A stretch of 64,000 bases of DNA. Origin: Planctomycetales bacterium (GTDB lineage: Bacteria > 4484-113). A program made the position numbers and the translations under genes. The notes beneath the pieces are model-generated. The model was not told the origin of the DNA. It saw nothing but the letters and a program-made list of their open reading frames with translations, and did no database searches. Location of the stretch: contig JBBIRS010000004.1 of NCBI GenBank assembly GCA_037441675.1, forward strand, positions 94,617-158,616, written 5' to 3'. Positions 60,354-64,000 of this stretch are shown piece after piece (position 1 is the first letter of the stretch; every line of letters begins with the position of its first letter).

Positions 60354-60419
60354 GGGTAGGAAACCAGATACTTTAACTGAAATCTCACCAAGATGACATA
60401 ACATTATTTTAGAGAGAAT

Positions 60420-60641
60420 ATGCCAAATCCCAACCGAAAACTTGAAGAACTACTTAACGATCTTTTTGAGCTCTATAAATCAGGTTTAGCTACTCCTGGG
60501 CGCCTAGCCCTTCTGGAAAGGTTGATAAATGAGTTACAGGCCAGCCTAAAAGAATCAGAATTAACATCAGAAACTCCCCAACCTGCTCCATATCTCTCTA
60601 CGTCTCCTTTGAGGGCTTTTGTTGCGCCTCAACCTCCTTAA
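60420..60641 (+). CDS. small hypothetical protein
   Basis: ATG-initiated 73-aa ORF with amphipathic helices; 3' end overlaps the convergent gene by 44 nt. Confidence 0.4.
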   Translation: MPNPNRKLEELLNDLFELYKSGLATPGRLALLERLINELQASLKESELTSETPQPAPYLSTSPLRAFVAPQPP

Positions 60642-61338
60642 GGCGCGGTTCAAGCCAGCTCGCGCATTCTTTGACTTTACTCTCATCGCGCCCACGTATG
60701 CGAACCTCTACCCACGCGATATCTTCATACTTCGGATAGCTTCCTATTTTCACGTAGGGAAACTTGTCTCGAGCTTCTCTGAGAATGTGCGCAAACTTAC
60801 TCTCGCCAACCAATACGCTTATCCTCTCTTCAAAAAAGCTACCGCGCCTAAGCTCATCCTCAACTAACTCAAACATTGCGTGAAGCAGGCGTGGAATTCC
60901 CGGAAAAACGTAGATATTGTCCACGATAAAGCCGGGCGCGCCTGTTTGCTTGTTGCCTATAAGCCTGCATCCCTCGGGAAGGTACGCCATTATTAGCTGG
61001 GTCTCCGTTGGCTTTTTCTCATAGGCTTCCTCAATCGCTTTCGCAGCTTCCTCGTTGAAAACAATCTTCCTGTTGGTTACCTGTGCAATTGCTTCACGAG
61101 TTAAATCATCATGGGTGGGTCCAATACCACCAGTAGTTATGACAAATTCAAATTCATCTTTAATGCGTGAAATTTCACTGACGAGTACGTCAATTTCGTC
61201 GGGAAGAACGAGTATTCTCTTAACTTCAACGCCAAGTTGCGTCAGCCTTTCCACAAGAAACTGTGAATTCGTATCCTTAGTGGAACCGCAAAGTATCTCG
61301 TCACCGATAATCACAACTGCTGCGCTATTGCGAATCAT
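60598..61338 (-). CDS. CinA-like molybdopterin-binding domain protein
   Basis: IGDEIL.G...DTN, TTGGIGPTHDDLT, GAPG, FPGIP, IGSYP; no PncC domain. Confidence 0.9.
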   Translation of the reverse strand: MIRNSAAVVIIGDEILCGSTKDTNSQFLVERLTQLGVEVKRILVLPDEIDVLVSEISRIKDEFEFVITTGGIGPTHDDLTREAIAQVTNRKIVFNEEAAKAIEEAYEKKPTETQLIMAYLPEGCRLIGNKQTGAPGFIVDNIYVFPGIPRLLHAMFELVEDELRRGSFFEERISVLVGESKFAHILREARDKFPYVKIGSYPKYEDIAWVEVRIRGRDESKVKECASWLEPRLKEVEAQQKPSKET

Positions 61339-61495
61339 TTGGCTTGTATTTTAGCTAAGTTGTCAAAATAATGGTAGATATATCATTGTAACTTTCTTGT
61401 TTACTCTTTAGCATGAACGATAATTCCAATTTGATTGATTATTTTGAGACAAGTATGGTACGTGCTTTGGCGCAACTTTTGGTATTATCTTTAAT

Positions 61496-62371
61496 GTGCT
61501 TGATAAAATTTCACGTTCCAAGAAAATACTGCTCTTGATCGCAGTGACATTTATTTCGAACCTAGCGGTCGCAGTGTTTAAGATAACCGCAGGCTTAATC
61601 ACAGGCTTGATGTCGGTTACCGCGAGTGGATTTGAATCGCTTCTTGACGCCTCTAACAACGTCATCGGATTCACTGCCATTCATCTTTCCGCAAAGAGTC
61701 CCGATTCTGCTCATCCTTACGGCCATAGAAAATTTGAGACTTTTGTTTCGCTAATAATTGCCTTTCTTATGTTTCTTGCTGGAACGCAAATATTCATTGC
61801 TGGGATCGAAAGGTATTATGGTGGTAGCGTCCCTCAGGTTAGCAGATTAGCTTACGTTGTTGTTGCCTTAAGTATGCTTGTGAGTCTCCTGGTTTCAGTG
61901 ACGGAGTGGCAATTTGGAAGGCTTTACAAATCCGAGTTTTTACTTGCAGATTCCGCGCACACTCTAACGGATTTCTTCTCTTCGGCAATTGTAATTCTTT
62001 CAATTTACCTGGTCAAAAGCGGAGCGGTGTGGGCAGATTTTTCCGCCGCACTCGTGGTGGTCATAATAATACTGTTCATTGGCGCAAGGATTATCCGCGA
62101 GGCGTTCACCACCTTAGTTGACACTTCAAGAATTGAACCTAATTTATTAGAGTTTGCCTGCCTTCAGGTTGACGGTGTAAAGGCAGTTCATAAGATAAGG
62201 AGCCGAGGTACACCGGATGCAATCAAGGTGGATCTGCATATTAAGGTTAGCAGAGACTTGCCGATAGAGGATGCACACTCTCTCTCTCACCGCGTTAAGG
62301 ACAAACTGCTCGCAGATTTTCCACAAGTGGACGACGTTATAGTCCACGTCGAACCGTGGTACGGCAGATGA
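61496..62371 (+). CDS. cation diffusion facilitator family transporter
   Basis: S..D, PD..HPYGH.KFE, ADSAH...D, DLHI, AH, VHVEP. Confidence 0.93.
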   Translation: MLDKISRSKKILLLIAVTFISNLAVAVFKITAGLITGLMSVTASGFESLLDASNNVIGFTAIHLSAKSPDSAHPYGHRKFETFVSLIIAFLMFLAGTQIFIAGIERYYGGSVPQVSRLAYVVVALSMLVSLLVSVTEWQFGRLYKSEFLLADSAHTLTDFFSSAIVILSIYLVKSGAVWADFSAALVVVIIILFIGARIIREAFTTLVDTSRIEPNLLEFACLQVDGVKAVHKIRSRGTPDAIKVDLHIKVSRDLPIEDAHSLSHRVKDKLLADFPQVDDVIVHVEPWYGR

Positions 62372-62396
62372 GAATAAAGCGTAAGCTATATTAAAG

Positions 62397-63161
62397 CTAC
62401 ACCCTTCCGAATCTTCTATCACGCGACTGATACTCAATGATGGCTTTCATTAACTCAAGCTCGTCAAAGTCGGGCCAGAGAGTCTCGGTGAAGTAAAGCT
62501 CGGTGTATGCAATCTGCCAGAGTAAAAAGTTGCTTATTCGCATCTCCCCACTAGTGCGTATTAGAAGATCCGGGTCGGGTAGTTCAGGGTGGTAGAAATA
62601 CCTACTAAAGAAGACACTATCAATACCGTTTGGCGATATCTTTTCGCTTTTTATATCTCCGATAATCTTTTCTACAGCCCGAAGTATCTCACTTCTACCA
62701 CTGTAAAAGACGCAGAGATTAAGCGTAAGTCCAAGATTAGACTTGGTTTCTTCCTCCGCGCGCTTGAACTTTTCGCATATTTTCTCAGGTAGCATCTCAA
62801 GCTCGCCAGAGAATATAACCCGCGCGTTTCTCTTTTTGAGTTCTGGAATTTCTGTAGCCACTGTTTCGTCAAAGAGTCGAAAAATCTCTGCAACTTCTTC
62901 CGAAGGTCGTTCCACATTTTCAGTTGAGAACGCAAAGAGCGTGAGAAATGGGATTTTCAGGTCGTCAACAGTACGCACTACTCTCCTGATCGCCTCAACT
63001 GCATACTTATGACCTTCAATCCTTGAAAGGCCATGACGCTCTCCCCACCTGCCATTGCCATCCATTATTATGGCAATATGGCGAGGTAGCCTCTTTTCGT
63101 CAATTTGCGCTTTCAAAAGTTCTGCTCTTTCTTTCACTTCTGTTGTTGACATTTCAGTCAC
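62397..63161 (-). CDS. uppS: undecaprenyl diphosphate synthase
   Basis: HIAIIMDGNGRW, FAFSTEN..R, YSGR.EI, PDLLIRTSGE.RISNFLLWQ, RRFG. Start GTG 63161 or ATG 63152. Confidence 0.96.
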   Translation of the reverse strand: MTEMSTTEVKERAELLKAQIDEKRLPRHIAIIMDGNGRWGERHGLSRIEGHKYAVEAIRRVVRTVDDLKIPFLTLFAFSTENVERPSEEVAEIFRLFDETVATEIPELKKRNARVIFSGELEMLPEKICEKFKRAEEETKSNLGLTLNLCVFYSGRSEILRAVEKIIGDIKSEKISPNGIDSVFFSRYFYHPELPDPDLLIRTSGEMRISNFLLWQIAYTELYFTETLWPDFDELELMKAIIEYQSRDRRFGRV

Positions 63162-63242
63162 CTATTTTAGCATTAGAAAAAGATTTTAATGGAACGCTGG
63201 AAGTTGTAGATATTTACGTGATGAATACTAAACAGTAACAGG

Positions 63243-63950
63243 CTAGACCCTCACCACGCTCTTGATTAAATACTCTTTCACTGAGTTGAGTATTTTCAAA
63301 CCATCCCTGCTTCCAAGTATCGTTTCACAGGCGCGCTCAGGATGTGGCATCATCCCAAGAACGTTGCCTCCCTCGTTGATAATGCCTGCGATGTTGTTTA
63401 TACTTCCATTCGGGTTGGCGCTTTCGGTAATATCACCAGCTGGCGTAGAATAGCGGAAAACTACTAGCCCCAATGATTCTATTTTATCAAGAGTTTCTGC
63501 TGGAGCAATAAAGTTTCCCTCCGCATGGGCAATTGGTATCCTGAGAACTTTCCCCCTCTTAATGGATTTAGTAAAGGGAGTGTTTTCATTTTCTACTCGG
63601 ATGTGAACCCACTTACACCAAAAGCCTGGCTTTGCGTTCTTAACAAGCGCGCCGGGTAAAAGACCTGCTTCACATAAAATCTGAAAGCCGTTGCAAATGC
63701 CAAGTACAAGACCTCCAGAATCTGCGAACTCTTTTACCGCATTCATAATCGGAGAAAAGCTAGCGATAGCGCCTGCCCGCAGATAATCACCGTAAGAAAA
63801 TCCGCCCGGAAGAACAACTAGATCAACCTCAGGTAGCTCGCTCTCATAGTAAAAAATTCTTCGGGCGTCCGCTCCAAGAACCTCACTAAAGGCATAAAGC
63901 GCATCATCATCGCAATTAGAACCAAGAAAAGTTATCACGCCGACTCGCAT
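63243..63950 (-). CDS. purQ: phosphoribosylformylglycinamidine synthase subunit PurQ
   Basis: GSNCD, PGGFSYGDYLRAG, GICNGFQIL, IAH.EG, NPNGS, GMMPHPER. Confidence 0.97.
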   Translation of the reverse strand: MRVGVITFLGSNCDDDALYAFSEVLGADARRIFYYESELPEVDLVVLPGGFSYGDYLRAGAIASFSPIMNAVKEFADSGGLVLGICNGFQILCEAGLLPGALVKNAKPGFWCKWVHIRVENENTPFTKSIKRGKVLRIPIAHAEGNFIAPAETLDKIESLGLVVFRYSTPAGDITESANPNGSINNIAGIINEGGNVLGMMPHPERACETILGSRDGLKILNSVKEYLIKSVVRV

Positions 63951-64000
63951 CTCGTTAGTATTTTAACGCATGCTGTAAAAATGCGTTAGTTGCGGGTTCT

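Noticed and set aside
1096..63453. Many short antisense or alternate-frame ORFs in the track (e.g. 1096-1380, 5669-6094, 14584-15015, 17070-17516, 54234-54614, 55973-56404)
   Set aside because: They shadow well-supported genes and show no recognisable motifs.

Overview
Mostly housekeeping chromosome, about 40% GC, from a diderm bacterium (kdsB, lpxK, BamB-like and dockerin/PKD/PQQ lipoproteins), probably an uncultured lineage. Recognisable genes: citrate synthase (partial), HD-GYP response regulator, tRNA-Pro(CGG), kdsB, two MacB-type permeases, lpxK, NUDIX, HAD nucleotidase, recF, trxB, hydantoinase, aconitase, hybrid histidine kinase, pgpH-like HD protein, phoH, DegT aminotransferase, nadK, selB, dxr, hbd, rapZ, hemE, clpX, dnaX, CNNM protein, CDF transporter, uppS and purQ. 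No CRISPR array, rRNA or intact mobile element was seen. Main leads: (1) a likely unannotated selenoprotein, an FmdB zinc-ribbon ORF ending CGTGG-UGA followed by a bSECIS-like hairpin, with selB in the same window; (2) two intact ORFs that look like catalytically dead DNA adenine methyltransferases, one fused to tandem HARE-type winged helices and one translationally coupled to an nadK-GGDEF-double HD-GYP operon; (3) pervasive extended -10 boxes only 6-12 nt upstream of start codons, suggesting leaderless or short-leader mRNAs; (4) several decaying pseudogenes and a candidate structured intergenic RNA. All family calls come from motif recognition by eye; no searches were run.
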